The position numbers were made by a program, and so were the translations under genes. From contig NW_025766370.1 of the NCBI RefSeq assembly GCF_003918875.1, positions 1,364,001-1,428,000 on the forward strand: a stretch of DNA of 64,000 bases, read 5' to 3'. Below the pieces are notes generated by a model. That model was given only the letters and a program-made list of their open reading frames with translations. It was not told the DNA's origin and searched no databases. Shown piece by piece: positions 25,131 to 39,362 of the stretch. The DNA comes from Haliotis rubra. Taxonomy: Eukaryota. Position 1 is the stretch's first letter. Each line of letters starts with the position of its first letter.

Positions 25131-26347
25131 CCTATTAACATTAACACTGTGTGTAAATAGGCGCTACAACCACCACTGGATATCCGAATCCGTAGATTCA
25201 GGCAATGACAACTAGCGACAATAACACTACGTTTTGTCGGATTCTTGAAAAGACACCGGAGTTGAAGGTTTACGTCAAACAAGCAATACTGATTGTACAC
25301 TATCACAGAAATGCTGTGGAAATTGTTTCACATTTACTATTATTAACGTATTTATTTGTTATGATGTATAAACACTCACTGTTAAATGTGCAGTGTATAA
25401 TTCATATCAGGGATTACAGAGAAAAGTGAGAGAGCATTGTGTGATAGCTATGACTGGGCTGCTGTAAAACCCAGTGTTTTTTGTTCGTGCACAACGCAGT
25501 TTTAGAGACTAACTTCAGAAGTAATGGATTACACTGGACTATTATATATATACATAAAAACGGAGGACATTAAACCATATTTACAATTGTCAGGTTGGGA
25601 CATCAAAATGTTACGCAGAAGAACAGTTCAAGGACATCATACAGCTATGTTAAGGAGAACGTCATGGTATGAAAATTTAAACACCATAGCATATATACAT
25701 TGAATGAAACAACATATAGTTGTGGACACAAACAATATTTACTCTGGCGAGCACTGCAAGGAATTGTGCAGCAACATCTTAAGATGAACAGATAAGGTGT
25801 AGATTTATTATGCTCAAGCAACACTCTGATACATGCTCAGTCTTATTACCTGGCTCACTGGATCAGTGTGAACTCGAGTTTTATTCTCAGCTACCCGGGG
25901 TGTATCTAAACCAAAATAGAACTCTGACAGCCACGTTACGTTAGTATTCGCTGCTGGATGAACAGAGGCATGTTTAGAACAAAGTCTTAGAATAAATTCG
26001 TGGTGACAGGGTTGGTCGGCTTGTAACTGCTAACGGACGAAATATCCATTTATTGAAGCATCGAGGTAATATGATGGCTGTCAGATGTGACCATGTACTG
26101 GGATGTTATCTCTTGAACATCCAACTGAAGTGACGATATATCCAAGTGCTGTTATGAATCTTCAACCTGAAGTGACGATGTACGCAGATGTTGATGTGAA
26201 ACGTCAAGCTGTTGTTATGACTTCCACCTCAAGTGAAAATGCAGCCAGTTGTACTTATAAAATTACCAGCTTATGTTTTGATGTGTTCCCTGAAGTTGTT
26301 AGAAAACATCGAGGTGAAGTGACGATATAATCAACAGTTATTACGAA

Positions 26348-26740
26348 TCCAACTGAAGTGCCCAAAGGATCTGGGCGTTCCTATGAAACATCCAACTGAA
26401 GTGTCCAAGGATCTGGGCGTTCCTATGAAACATCCAACTGAAGGGACCAAGGATCTGGGCGTTCCTATGAAACATCCAACTGAAGTGTCCAAGGATCTGG
26501 GCGTTCCTAGGAACATCCAACTGAAGTGTCCAAGGATCTGGGCGTTCCTATGAAACATCCAACTGAAGTGTCCAAGGATCTGGGCGTTCCTATGAAACAT
26601 CCAACTGAAATGTCCAAGGATCTGGGCGTTCCTATGAAACATCCAACTGAAGTGACCAAGGATCTGGGCGTTCCTATGAAACATCCAACTGAAGTGACCA
26701 AGGATCTGGGCGTTCCTATGAAAAATTCAACTGAAGTGGC
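26348..26740. repeat. 42-bp minisatellite A (~9 copies)
   Basis: tccaactgaagtgtccaaggatctgggcgttcctatgaaaca. Confidence 0.95.
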
Positions 26741-27034
26741 GATATATCAAGGTGTTGTTGGGAAACTTCAAGCTTACGCCATGATGTACCTGAGTGTTAT
26801 TATATAACATCCAACTGAAGTGACGATGTGGCCAGATGTTCCGATGAAAGTCAAGCTGAAGTGACGATTTACCCATATGTTTCTATGACACACTAAGCGC
26901 AGATGACGATGCTCGGAGTTGGAAAACAGCAAGCTCAAGTAACGATGTACATAGGTGCTGTCATGAAGCATCAAGTTGAAGCGGTGATTTACCAAGTTGT
27001 TTGTTATGAAACATCAGGCTGAAGTGGTGTTGCT

Positions 27035-27420
27035 ATGAAACATGAAGCTGGAGTGGTGATTTACCTAGGTGTTGCTATGAAACATCAGGCTAAAGTGGTT
27101 ATTTACCTAGGTGTTGCTATGAAACATCAGGCTAAAGTGGTGATTTACCTAGGTGTTGCTATGAAACATCAGGCTAAAGTGGTGATTTACCTAGGTGTTG
27201 CTATGAAACATCAGGCTAAAGTGGTTATTTACCTAGGTGTTGCTATGAAACATCAGGCTAAAGTGGTGATTTACCTAGGTGTTGCTATGAAACATCAGGC
27301 TAACGTGGTGATTTACCTAGGTGCTGCTATGAAACATCAGGCTAAAGTGGTTATTTACCTAGGTGTTGCTATGAAACATCAGGCTAAAGTGGTGATTTAC
27401 CTAGGTGTAGCTATGAAATA
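27035..27420. repeat. 42-bp minisatellite B (~9 copies)
   Basis: atgaaacatcaggctaaagtggtgatttacctaggtgttgct. Confidence 0.95.
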
Positions 27421-28586
27421 TTCAACTTAACTGACTATATATCCAGGTGGTGTTCTAAAGAACGCCGCACAAGAGACCATAGATCACGGAATCATCGAAC
27501 TGAAGCAGTCATGGACCCAGGCGCTGCTATGAAACACCCAACTGAAGGGACATAGTGATTACACGTCGAGGCCTCTGAAGACATACCCGGCCTCATGCTG
27601 AAATATCCAGGTGTTTTTGAGGAAATGCCCAGGTGTTTTAATGAAATATCCATGTAAATCAACGGATAACGTCGGGTGCAAGATCTGGTTACAAGAAGTA
27701 ACTGTTATTTGACGCATTCATTTGTTGTATAATCTGAGCTGTTTCCAGGACTGATTGACAGAGAGTCTAATTGCCTTCTTATATTCGAGCAAAACTGTGA
27801 TATACTTACTGTAATATTTGACAGTGATGATGTTTGTACCATAGTGTTCTACGTGTATGTGAATATTCTTGAATCAGCTGGTGACATAATCGTTGAATGG
27901 TCTCCTACTATTACCACAAGATTAAAACAGTAGCTGTTTCTAAAAACGACCGTCATCTACTATATGATTCTCATGCTTTTAACATATAAATTTGTCTCTG
28001 GGTTACATCCAATAACCACTGAAGGCCCTACTAAAACAAATAGTACTCTAACAAGAATGTTTTTAACTAAATTTCTTTGCACTTCTGACATTTCTACAAT
28101 ACTGTTATATTGCCGGTGCAATATTTACATACCGCATGTGATTTCTGCAGTTCCTGTACAAGAGTTTCTACGGTATTTGACATGTCACCAGCTGACGTGT
28201 CTTGACTCAATCAGTATATGTTTATTGATATCCTCCTCATTGTCCTTTATGTATGACTTGTGATGTTTCTTGCTCTTGTGTGATTCTACAGTCTGTCAAC
28301 GTTATTCGTAAGACCACGAGACCAACATGTTCAGCAAAATCCTCATCATACTCCAAATTCAATGTCTAAATTAGACCAAGGGATAATCATCATGGCAACA
28401 ATGTTTATATTTACGTTACTTTGACAAGAACCTTAACCTGGAAGTATAAAAGACCAATGCAAACAAGTAACAATTCATGGAATAGGTTACAAGCTTATAG
28501 GTTTAAAAACGCTGAAAGGCTGTGAACATTATATGAATAGATCACAGCACGAAGTGGTATATCTCAGATATAAGCAAAGTGAAATC

Positions 28587-28590
<4 letters not shown>

Positions 28591-28619
<29 letters not shown>
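28591..28619. repeat. (CA)n microsatellite
   Basis: visible. Confidence 0.95.
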
Positions 28620-28620
<1 letters not shown>

Positions 28621-31101
28621 GCCCGTTTGGTTTATTTTGTTTTACTTTCTACTCTTTTAGCACAATAAAACAGACGAATAACTGACGTTGCTCAATGTAG
28701 TCAAAGCATCGAGAACGATGTTTGAGATCTTCACATTCATCTTCGTCGTTTGTAAGAGTACTTATAGAAAATTAGATCTGTAATTTAATTATTCATACTA
28801 CAGCAAAATATGTTTATAAACAGAAATGTTAGGAGAACATGATAAGAGCTTGTGCTTACTAAGCTATCTTTCAATGATATGCATATAAATGTACTTATAA
28901 ATAAGAGAACGACTTCGTAATGCCAGAAATGCCATGACCTAACTTCCTTTATTTAAACCCGGGGCGTCTATACGTGAAAGTAGCCCAAGGATGTCTGTTG
29001 AAGAAACCATGGCGTATTGTGCATATTTTACTTTAAACATATATAACAGATATATTTTCGAAGAATGTTCAACTGCTTCAAGAATATCGCAGATATTGCT
29101 CAGTAGTAATATTGTTAAAATAGACTAAAACTTTATGGCCTTGAACCGTTTAATATGGTAAGCATTCGAATTACTTTTAACCCTTGATATTCGTATTTCA
29201 TATTCCATACCTTATTATTTTATATATTTATTTGTTTCTTATCATTTTATTTTATGTTTTCTGTTTGCATTCTGCTTGTATATGTGTGTATTATAGTTCC
29301 AGTAGGAAATGTCAATGTTTACTTATATCATCTTTGTAGTAATAACTCATCAGCATAAATCGTAATAGCTTCTACATGCCTTAAAGCTATAATAGACAAT
29401 AATCGATGATTCCCACGACTTCAAAAATATATTTTGACATATTTAACTTTGTCTTATGTTTATTATTGAGTAAAAGTATTCATTTCCACGCCTTGAACTA
29501 TTTACATACTTTTCGTCTCCATATAATCTTTTAATTAGCGAGCTAAATTTCACGCCACATTGATAATATTCCGGCCATAAAGCGACACTTTACTTCTTTA
29601 ATTATCACATTTCCTGATAATCTGGCAATTTTTTTCTATAATAAACCTATCTTTCCTCTTCACAACTGAGGGGAAGGGAGTTGTTCTTTTTCTTGAACCC
29701 ACTGTTACTGGTATTTCTCCTGGATCCAACCAATATCTACCTGATTCTAATGCATAAAAGATAAAGTCCATGACAGTACCGATGAGTTTCAGGTTCCTGA
29801 TACTCTGCTACAGTAAGAATGGACTAAATTTGATCGTGGTCAGACCCGACCACTTCCTTGATTTTGCAGCATCCTGGTTCTGTCAGCTACCTATTTTATC
29901 ATGCAGACATATATTTCTTAAAGGTTTTTGTAATATTGTTGCATTATTCATGACTGCCGCAAATGCATCAATGTACATGTCAGAGACAGAACACTGTAGT
30001 ATGTTTCTCCTTATGTCGCCATAACGTGTCTGTTTGCCACGGAATGACAGTCCCTGCAATATAATTCTATATTGAATGTAAGAAATAAAGATTTTTATAG
30101 CCTCGTGGGACATATTTACTGCTCGCTGTCTGCCTTGGCTTCGAAAACTTATTTCATCAACACGAAAAACTCGTAAATTACCTGAAATCATCTGAAATAT
30201 TAATAAGCAAATGGGTTATGCACCGTATCACATGATCGTCTTTAAGATAACGTGTGCAGTGCGTGAATTAACAGAGTGTGTTCAGGATACATTTTGACTC
30301 AGTAGATTTATTGAATTCCAAACTTTATTTATTTACCAACATAATCTGCTTTTATTTGCTTGGCATGTTGGATGTCCTGAGTAATCTAAAAACTATAACG
30401 CCATTTCGCTTAAACAATTATCAAAAGGTGACAGAAACTGTTGTAACTACAGATCCCATGTGTAGTTGGTTAATTACATTGATATCCGGATTGTGCTATT
30501 GATGCCATCGATGCTGTGAACACGTCATGGCCATAAAAGTTTAACTGAACTGAAACAATGGATGGTTTCTGAGAGGCCCCTTTTATTTACCTTTCTCTAA
30601 ATAAATTAACAATGACGTAAATAATCGGCGAAGTATTTTCGTTTATGAAAATAAATTTGTTTCTCAGTTTCTGAGAAAGGTGTACACAAATGGTTCCAGT
30701 TAAAAAAAAACCCGGGAATAATAAATTACTATCTTCTGAAAGCAGATGCTACTGTATCATTGCACTGTATCATAAGCATGGTTGGTTCTGTTTTAAATCA
30801 CACAATCATCCCTCACCCTCTTGTTCTTTATCTAACAGATATTTTTATGTTTGTTTCATTTTGTGTTATTATAACTGCATACAGTGTACTGAATGTCACA
30901 ATCACCAGATGTATCATGTTGTTCTCTTTATACTGATATTAACTTGTAAAACTGAATGTTGTTAATAAATTGTGTATGTACTTGATGGATTTCTTCTTAT
31001 CGGTTGAAAACTGACGTTGAAGGAGGTACGTTAAAGTGTTGTTTTCATTATCAATACGGGCATCCTATTTATTATGTATGGACACATTAAACCTCCAGTT
31101 T

Positions 31102-31270
31102 GACTGACTGACTGAGTTTGGTTTTACACCGCTTTTAGCAATATTCCAGCAACATCACGGCGGGGGACACCAGAAATGGGCTTCACACATTGTACCCATG
31201 TGGGGATTAGAACCCGGGTTTTCGGCGTGACGAGCCAACGCTTTAACCACTAGGCTACCCCTACGCCCCC
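31102..31270 (-). mobile_element. SINE family 1, full length
   Basis: TSD cctccagtttga. Confidence 0.95.
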
Positions 31271-32411
31271 CTCCAGTTTGAACATCCTATACATACGATA
31301 TGGACATCTTATAAATCCGATATGGACATCCCATTGATTATATGTGGACACTATGCCAGAAATGTAAATATCCATATATACATCCTGCTTGATTATCGTA
31401 TACATCCGATCTGGCACGTAGTTAAATACTAATAGCATGTGACATAACAGTGATTGTTTAATATAAGACTCCTGCTAATAGAACCGTCCGCTCTCCGGGC
31501 ACGGGGATGAATCATACATGAACTTCACCTAACTGCAGATTATATTTCTATGTAAAAACAACAGATAGGCATGCTTTGGGAACGCCAGAGGAAATACTGA
31601 TTGAACGGGGTACCTCACTGTGCCCCCTGCCTATGTTTCATGGTGTGAAGCAGTCACCCGTGGTTAACTAACTGACAATGGGGGCATTAACAAGGGATTA
31701 AGTACAGCCTGTTCTGAAATTTATTGTACCACAGCATATAACATTCACACATGATAGATGAAACATGATCTTCGCATTTACATCACCATTTCACTTATAC
31801 ACCAACAAATTGAACAATGCATGTATGCCAGAGAATGACAGGGAGTTGGTTTATAAAGGAATTCAGTTGACACATGTCACTCTAACGGAGAACCCACTCT
31901 TACTACGAGTTTCAATCATTTAATTTACTTACATGATATTAACAGACTTATATATTCTACAAAATAGTTTGATTTGTTGATTAAACACAGTTCACTGTCA
32001 ACTGCAAACACTAATTAGCTGCTGGGGCTCAGAGCCAGTTAATACCTTGTCGTAACACGCCCCCACTAAATCGCTTGTCATAACATTTAGCTAGGGGGCA
32101 TAGTGAGGTTAAAACAATCGAACCTATGGTTCGAATCCAGGTTTGCCCTGAGTGTCTTTCCAGAAGTGTAAGCACCATGCTCGTCCTTGTGCAGTACGAC
32201 CAGAAATTATTGAGAATTTAAAGATTGTAATTTATTTTATGTTTTTCACTCATTATTCACGTATTAAATGTGAATATTAGCAGAACATAACTCCAAATTC
32301 AAAGACAGGTGAACAGATAGTATTTTGTCAAGTCACCATGGGCAGCAATGCAGGCTTCAATGCGGCGGGGCATACTACTGATCAAAGAAAGTCGTTGTCC
32401 ATGCTGTCCCA

Positions 32412-32522
32412 ATATCGGACCACCTCTTCTTTCATTTTCTTTCATTGGGGATTATGAAGGAAAGTGTCAATAAGAAAAATCTGACAAATATTGCTGAAAT
32501 GAAAGAAGAGGTGGTTCGATAT
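32412..32522. mobile_element. Small hairpin/MITE with ~26-bp inverted repeats
   Basis: atatcggaccacctcttctttcattt / aaatgaaagaagaggtggttcgatat. Confidence 0.6.
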
Positions 32523-33492
32523 AATTTACAATCCTTAATTCTCAATAATGTCTGGTTGTACTGATTATAGTTCCTCATTACCAACGTCTTGACAAAGCCA
32601 TACATGCCCGAATCCGTATCTAAATAGAAGATTCCGTATGTTTGTTTGTCCAGTTGTTACGTCTCTGAGCCTATATCGATAAAAGCATATTGTAACAGTG
32701 GTATGGGTATCTGTTCGGGGGCAGTGTTATCAAACGGAGCCAATACTTTACATATATACAGTCGATAGAGGGTTTCTCACACATTCTCCATATGCTACAC
32801 AGTTTGAAGATTTATTTGCTTTCATTACACAGTTAAACATCTCAGACCGGCATCATTTCACCTTTTTCTCTAACATTCAGCTGACAGACGGTGGTGTATC
32901 TGGAATTCGGTTCAAGGAGCGTTAAACCAAGCTCTCTTCAATACATTTACGACACGAAAAGCTTTGAACAATGTCAGCTATCCTTCGAAGCTGAAACGTG
33001 CAAGAATCAATTCATCCTCCTATTATTTATTGTGAAAGACTTATTTCACTTAGCTAATAGCATTGGGAGATTGGGTTATCCATAAGAGCAGAACTAGTGA
33101 GAAATGCATGACTTTGTAGTTCCAAATTAGGGAGCTATAACTCTTCGACCCCAGCACATAAACACAAAAGCATTTCGTCGTGATGGGCCATGACTGTTTA
33201 ATGCTTTGTCCTTCCAGAACACAAGGTGCTTGAGCCTATTTATGGTCTCCCGGATGTTCAAAGGATGAGCTTATATGTAGCTATCGCTTATCACTGACTC
33301 GAGCATTAGGATAAATCACCAATCGCTACATTAAAAACATCCCGTAATGATCCGTGTGAGAACTGATCTTCGGAACCCACATGTATCGTCAGAGGCGACA
33401 AAAGGGATCGGGTGATCCTATTGCTGGGGTATTGAAGAGTGCATGGAAAAGGAAGGACACCAACGATGAATTCAAAATAGGGTCTGCAGATC

Positions 33493-33898
33493 TATACTAC
33501 CCATTAAAATTTTAGACTCATATATGCATATGGTTACATCGCAGATGAATTTCTCCACTAACTTGGAGGAACCATCTGCAAACCTTATCCAACTGAACAA
33601 CACGAGGAGCGTGCATCAAATTGCTGAAATGTATGTGCAAATATCGTGCATGTGAACAGCTGTGTTTTGCTGTAATGATTTGTTAAGAATTCGCCAATTT
33701 TTACTGAGTTTCATCATTTATTGAACTCATGATAATAATATTTTCAACGTTACGAATTTGTTTTACAATACATCAGGTCATGTGTAAACAGTACCTTTAA
33801 ACAGTATGAAATATTTCGCAAAATCTATTTTGAACAGTTGACTGCAGTAAGTGGCTACATTTACTACTAGTGAGTCTAAACTTTTGATGGGTAGTATA
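33493..33898. mobile_element. Tc1/mariner-type MITE (~400 bp)
   Basis: TIR tatactacccattaaaattttagactca / tgagtctaaacttttgatgggtagtata. Confidence 0.8.
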
Positions 33899-34077
33899 TA
33901 ACACTAATGGCAAAGCAATGGTCAAAATTGTGACAGCTGCAATATCGGGCCCAAAAATTGACATAGGTGCACTCAAGAATGGTTAGAATAGTGACAGTGT
34001 GGAATACCTGTGAAACGTCTCAAGTTGCGAATTCAGAAGAGCGTGAAGATACTACCAGCCTTCAGGAAACAGGATAA

Positions 34078-34370
34078 TATGTCATGTTTGGGATCGCATT
34101 TTCTCAGTAAAACACAGATTTTAGTACTTCTTGGGTCCCGTCCTGAATCCGAACCCACACTCTCGGCCGTGGGAGCCATGTCAGTGGGGTTCAGAAAGCT
34201 CGTGATCTAAACTTCCATGTTTGTGACGCCGCGGTGGTTTGGGTTGCATTGCTGACTTTATTTTGCTGGCGATAAGGTGCCTAACTCTGAGAGTGTTGGT
34301 TCGAATCCCGGATGGGACTCAACCCTAAATGCTCCAGAATCTGAGAAAGTGTTATCCCAAATATATCATA
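34078..34370. mobile_element. TIR element containing inverted tRNA-like (B-box) segments, copy 1
   Basis: TIR tatgtcatgtttgggat / atcccaaatatatcata; GGTTCGAATCC near 34298 and an inverted copy near 34147. Confidence 0.65.
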
Positions 34371-34844
34371 CATGTATGTCAGATTTGACCACCTCCTTAA
34401 TAGCGTGTTTTCAAGAAACAGAGCAAGTCTTGTGCAAATGTTTTCTGATACCTTGACAGCCAGCCAGCCACCCTTGGTTTTACTTTTGTTATTAGGCTAT
34501 CAAATACATCGTGAGATCGTGGTGGTTGAGTGCCGCCTACTTTTTAAAACATATGGGCCATATTTGAAAAGCCTTGATTTCTGTAAGCTCCCAACCAAAT
34601 AGGGCACAGGTGTATATTCTGATTATTTAGTATGATGATTTACATGTTTGTACTTGTGCATGTAATTTTCGTCTGCTGTCTTTTGGGCATGTATATAATT
34701 TCTTCTCATACGTATCACAAGTATTATAAATTTCAAATCAATTCGGGGCAAGGAGGTAAACTCGGTGTTGAAGCGTTTCCTTTTGCAACCAAAGACACAG
34801 CTTGGACACATTTGGGTAGAATGAGTGGAATGTGTGCAATCAAC

Positions 34845-35283
34845 TCACCCATCCATACACCCACCCACCCACATATCCATACACCAACCCACCCATCCAT
34901 CCATCAACCCAGCCTACTATCCATCCATCAACCCACCCATCCATCCATCCATCAACCCACCCACCTATCCATCCATCCATACAACCACCCACCCACCCGC
35001 CCATCCATCCATCCATACACCCACCCACCCACCCGCCCATCCATCCATCAATCCATCAACCAACCCACCCACCCATCCATCCANNNNNNNNNNNNNNNNN
35101 NNNNNNNNNNNNNNNNNNNNNNNNNNNNNNNNNNNNNNNNNNNNNNNNNNNNNNNNNNNNNNNNNNNNNNNNNNNNNNNNNNNNNNNNNNNNNNNNNNNN
35201 NNNNNNNNNNNNNNNNNNNNNNNNGCCTACCATCCATCCATCAACCCACCCACCCATCCATCCATCAACCCAGCCAACCATCA
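34845..35283. repeat. (CCAT)/(CCAC) microsatellite spanning an assembly gap
   Basis: visible; N-run 35084-35223. Confidence 0.95.
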
Positions 35284-35289
35284 ATCTGG

Positions 35290-38200
35290 CACTGTACTGC
35301 TGTAAAGGCATCAGAATACTGTACTTGTGCAAAACAGTATACTGTGTTCCTGTAAGACGATATGGACACCCTGGTACTGTACTCCTGTAAAACCATATGG
35401 ACACCCAGGTACCGTATTGTTGTAAAAGCTTATGAACTCTCTGCTGGTACTGTATTGTTGCAAACCGTATGGACTCTCTTTGGTTGTACTTTTGAAAAAG
35501 CATATGGACTCTCTGGGACTGTATTGTTGTAAAACGGTATGGACTCTCTGGTACAGTATTGTTGTAAAACCGTATGGACTGTCTGGTGCCGTATTGTTGT
35601 AAAACCGTATGGACAACCAGGTACCGTATTGTTGTGAAAGCTTATGAACTCTCTGCTGGTACTGTATTGTTGCAAACCGTATGGACTCTCTTGTTTTGTA
35701 CTCTTGTAAAAACACATGGATACCCAGGTAGAATATTTTTGCAAAATCATATGGATACTCTGGTACTGTACTGTTGTAAAACGATATGGACTCTCTGGTA
35801 CCGTATTGTTGTAAAACCGTATGGACTCTCAGGTGCCGTATTGTTGTAAAACCGTATGGACATTCTGGTACTGTATTGTTGTAAAACCGTATGGACTCTC
35901 TGGTGCCGTATTGTTATAAAACCGTATGGATTCTCTGGTACTGTATTGTTGTAAAACGTATGGACTCTCTGGTACTGTATTGTTATAAAACCGTATGGAC
36001 ATTCTGGTACTGTATTGTTGTAAAACGTATGGACTCTCTTGTTTTGTACTCTTGTAAAAACATATGGATACCCAGGTAGAATATTTTTGCAAAATCATAT
36101 GGATACTCTGGTACTGTATTGTTGTAAAACCGTATGGACTCTCTGGTACTGTATTGTTATAAAACCGTATGGACATTCTGGTACTGTATTGTTGTAAAAC
36201 GTATGGACTCTCTTGTTTTGTACTCTTGTAAAAACATATGGATGCTCAGGTAGAATATTTTTGCAAAATCATATGGATACTCTGGTACTGTATTGTTGTA
36301 AAACCGTATGGACTCTCTGTTACTGTATTGTTGTAAAACCGTATGGACATTCTGGTACTGTATTGTTGTAAAACGTATGGACTCTCTTGTTTTGTACTCT
36401 TGTAAAAACATATGGATACCCAGGTAGAATATTTTTGCAAAATCATATGGATACTCTGGTACTGTACTGTTGTAAAACGATATGGACTCTCTGGTACAGT
36501 ATTGTTGTAAAACCGTATGGACCCTCTGGTACCGTATTGTTGTAAAACCCTATGGACTCTCTGGTGCCGTATTGTTGTAAAACCGTATGGACTCTCTTGT
36601 ACCGTGTTTTTGTAAGACCAACTGGACACCCTGGTACCGTATTGTTGTAAGACCAACTGGACACCCTGGTACCATATTGTTGTAAAACCGTATGGACTCT
36701 CTTGTACCGTGTTTTTGTAAGACCAACTGGACTTTCTTGTACCGTATTTTTGTAAAGCCAACTGGACACCCTGGTACCGTATTGTTGTAAGACCAACTGG
36801 ACTCTCTGGTACCGTATTGTTGTAAGACCAACTGGACACCCTGGTACCGTATTGTTGTAAGACCAACTGGACACCCTGGTACCGTATTGCTGTAAGACCA
36901 ACTGGACACCCTGGTACCATATTGTTGTAAAACCGTATGGACTCTCTTGTACCGTGTTTTTGTAAGACCAACTGGACTTACTTGTACCGTATTTTTGTAA
37001 AGCCAACTGGACACCCTGGAACCGTATTGTTGTAAGACCAACTGGACTCTCTGGTACCGTATTGTTGTAAGACCAACTGGACTCTCTGGTACCGTAAGAC
37101 CAACTGGACTCTCTGGTACCGTATTGTTGTAAGACCAACTGGACACCCTGGTACCGTATTGTTGTAAGACCAACTGGACTCTCTGGTACTGTATTGTTGT
37201 AAGACCAACTGGACACCCTGGTACCGTATTGTTGTAAGACCAACTGGACACCCTGGTACCGTATTGTTGTAAGACCAACTGGACACCCTGGTACCGTATT
37301 GTTGTAAGACCAACTGGACACCCTGGTACCGTATTTTTGTAAGACCAACTGGACTCTCTGGTACCGTATTTTTGTAAGACCAACTGGGCTCTCTGGTACC
37401 GTAAGACCAACTGGACACCCTGGTACCCTACTTTTGTAAGACCAACTGGACTCTCTGGTACTGTATTGTTGTAAAACGATATGGACTCTCTGGTACAGTA
37501 TTGTTGTAAAACCGTATGGACCCTCTGGTACCGTATTGTTGTAAAACCGTATGGACTCTCTGGTGCAGTATTGTTGTAAAACCGTATGGACTCCCTTGTA
37601 CCGTGTTTTTGTAAGACCAACTGGACACCCTGGTACCGTATTGTTGTAAGACCAACTGGACACCCTGGTACCGTATTGTTTTAAGACCAACTCGACACCC
37701 TGGTACCGTATTGTTGTAAGACCAACTGGACACCCTGGTACTGTATTTTTGTAAGACCAACTGGACTCTGTGGTACCGTAAGACCAACTGGACTCTCTGG
37801 TACCGTATTATTGTAAGACCAACTGGACACCCTGGTACCGTATTGTTGTAAGACCAACTGGACACCCTGGTACCGTATTGTTGTAAGGGCAACTGGACAC
37901 CCTGGTACCGTATTGTTGTAAGACCAACTGGACACCCTGGTACCGTATTTTTGTAAGACCAACTGGACTCTCTAGTACAGTATGTTTGTAAGACCAACTG
38001 GACTCTCTGGTACCGTAAGACCAACTGGACACCCTGGTACCCTACTTTTGTAAGACCAACCAGACACCCTGGTACCGTATTTTTGTAAAACCAACTGGAC
38101 CTTCTGGTACCGTATTGTTGTAAGACCAACTGGACTCTCTGGTACTGTATTGTTGTAAGACCAACTAGACTCTCTGGTACCGTATTTTTGTAAGACCAAC

Positions 38201-39362
38201 TGGACACCCTGGTACCGTATTTTTGTAAGACCAGCTGGACTCTCTGGTACCGTATTTTTGTAAGACCAACTGGACACTCTGGTACCGTATTGTTGTAAGA
38301 CCAGCTGGGTACCGTATTGTTGTAAGACCAACTGGACTCGTATTGTTGTAAGACCAACTCTGGTACCGTATTGTTGTAAGACCAACTGGACACCCTGGTA
38401 CCGTATTGTTGTAAGACCAACTGGACTCTCTGGTACCGTATTTTTGTAAGACCAACTGGACACTCTGGTACCGTATTGTTGTAAGACCAACTGGACTCTC
38501 TGGTACCGTATTGTTGTAAGACCAACTGGACACCCTGGTACCGTATTTTGTAAGACCAACTGGACACTCTGGTACCGTATTGTTTGTAAGACAACAACTG
38601 GACAACCAGACACCCTGGTACCGTATTGTTGTAAGACCAACTGGACACCCTGGTACTGTATTTTTGTAAGACCAACTGGACTCTCTGGTACAGTATGTTT
38701 GTAAGACCAACTGGACTCTCTGGTACCGTAAGACCAACTGGACACCCTGGTACCCTATTTTTGTAAGACCAGCTGGACTCTCTGGTACCGTATTTTTGTA
38801 AGACCAACTGGACACTCTGGTACCGTATTGTTGTAAGACCAACTGGACTCTCTGGTACCGTATTGTTGTAAGACCAACTGGACACTCTGGTACCGTATTT
38901 TGTAAGACCAACCAACCTGGACACCTCTGGTACCGTATTTTTGTAAGACCAACTGGACACTCTCTGGTACCCGTATTTTTGTAAGACCAACTGGACACCC
39001 TGGTACCGTATTTTTGTAAGACCAACTGGACTCTCTGGTACCGTATTGTTGAAAGACCAACTGGACACTGGTACCGTATTTTTGTAAGACCAACTGGACA
39101 CCCTGGTACCGTATTTTTGTAAGACCAACTGGACCGTATTGTTGTAAGACCAACTCTGGTACCGTATTTTTGTAAGACCAACTGGACTCTCTGGTACCGT
39201 ATTGTTGTAAGACCCACTGGACACCCTGGTACCGTATTGTTGTAAGACCAACTGGACTCTGTGGTACCGTAAGACCAACTGGACACTCTTATACCGTATT
39301 TTTGTAAGACCAACTAGACGCTCTTGGACCGTATTTTTGTAAGACCAACTGGACACTCTGGT
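35290..39362. repeat. ~4-kb satellite with a 35-bp unit (>100 copies) and two sequence variants
   Basis: left unit aaaaccgtatggactctctggtactgtattgttgt; right unit aagaccaactggacaccctggtaccgtattgttgt. Confidence 0.97.

Noticed and set aside
29650-30191. Minus-strand ORF of 102 aa after a tttcag acceptor
   Set aside because: No motif and an in-frame stop; it cannot be linked to any gene.
34632-35503. Pro/His-rich ORFs
   Set aside because: CCAT microsatellite plus N-gap.
35290-39362. CRISPR-like appearance of ~35-bp repeats
   Set aside because: No unique spacers, no cas genes, eukaryotic context.
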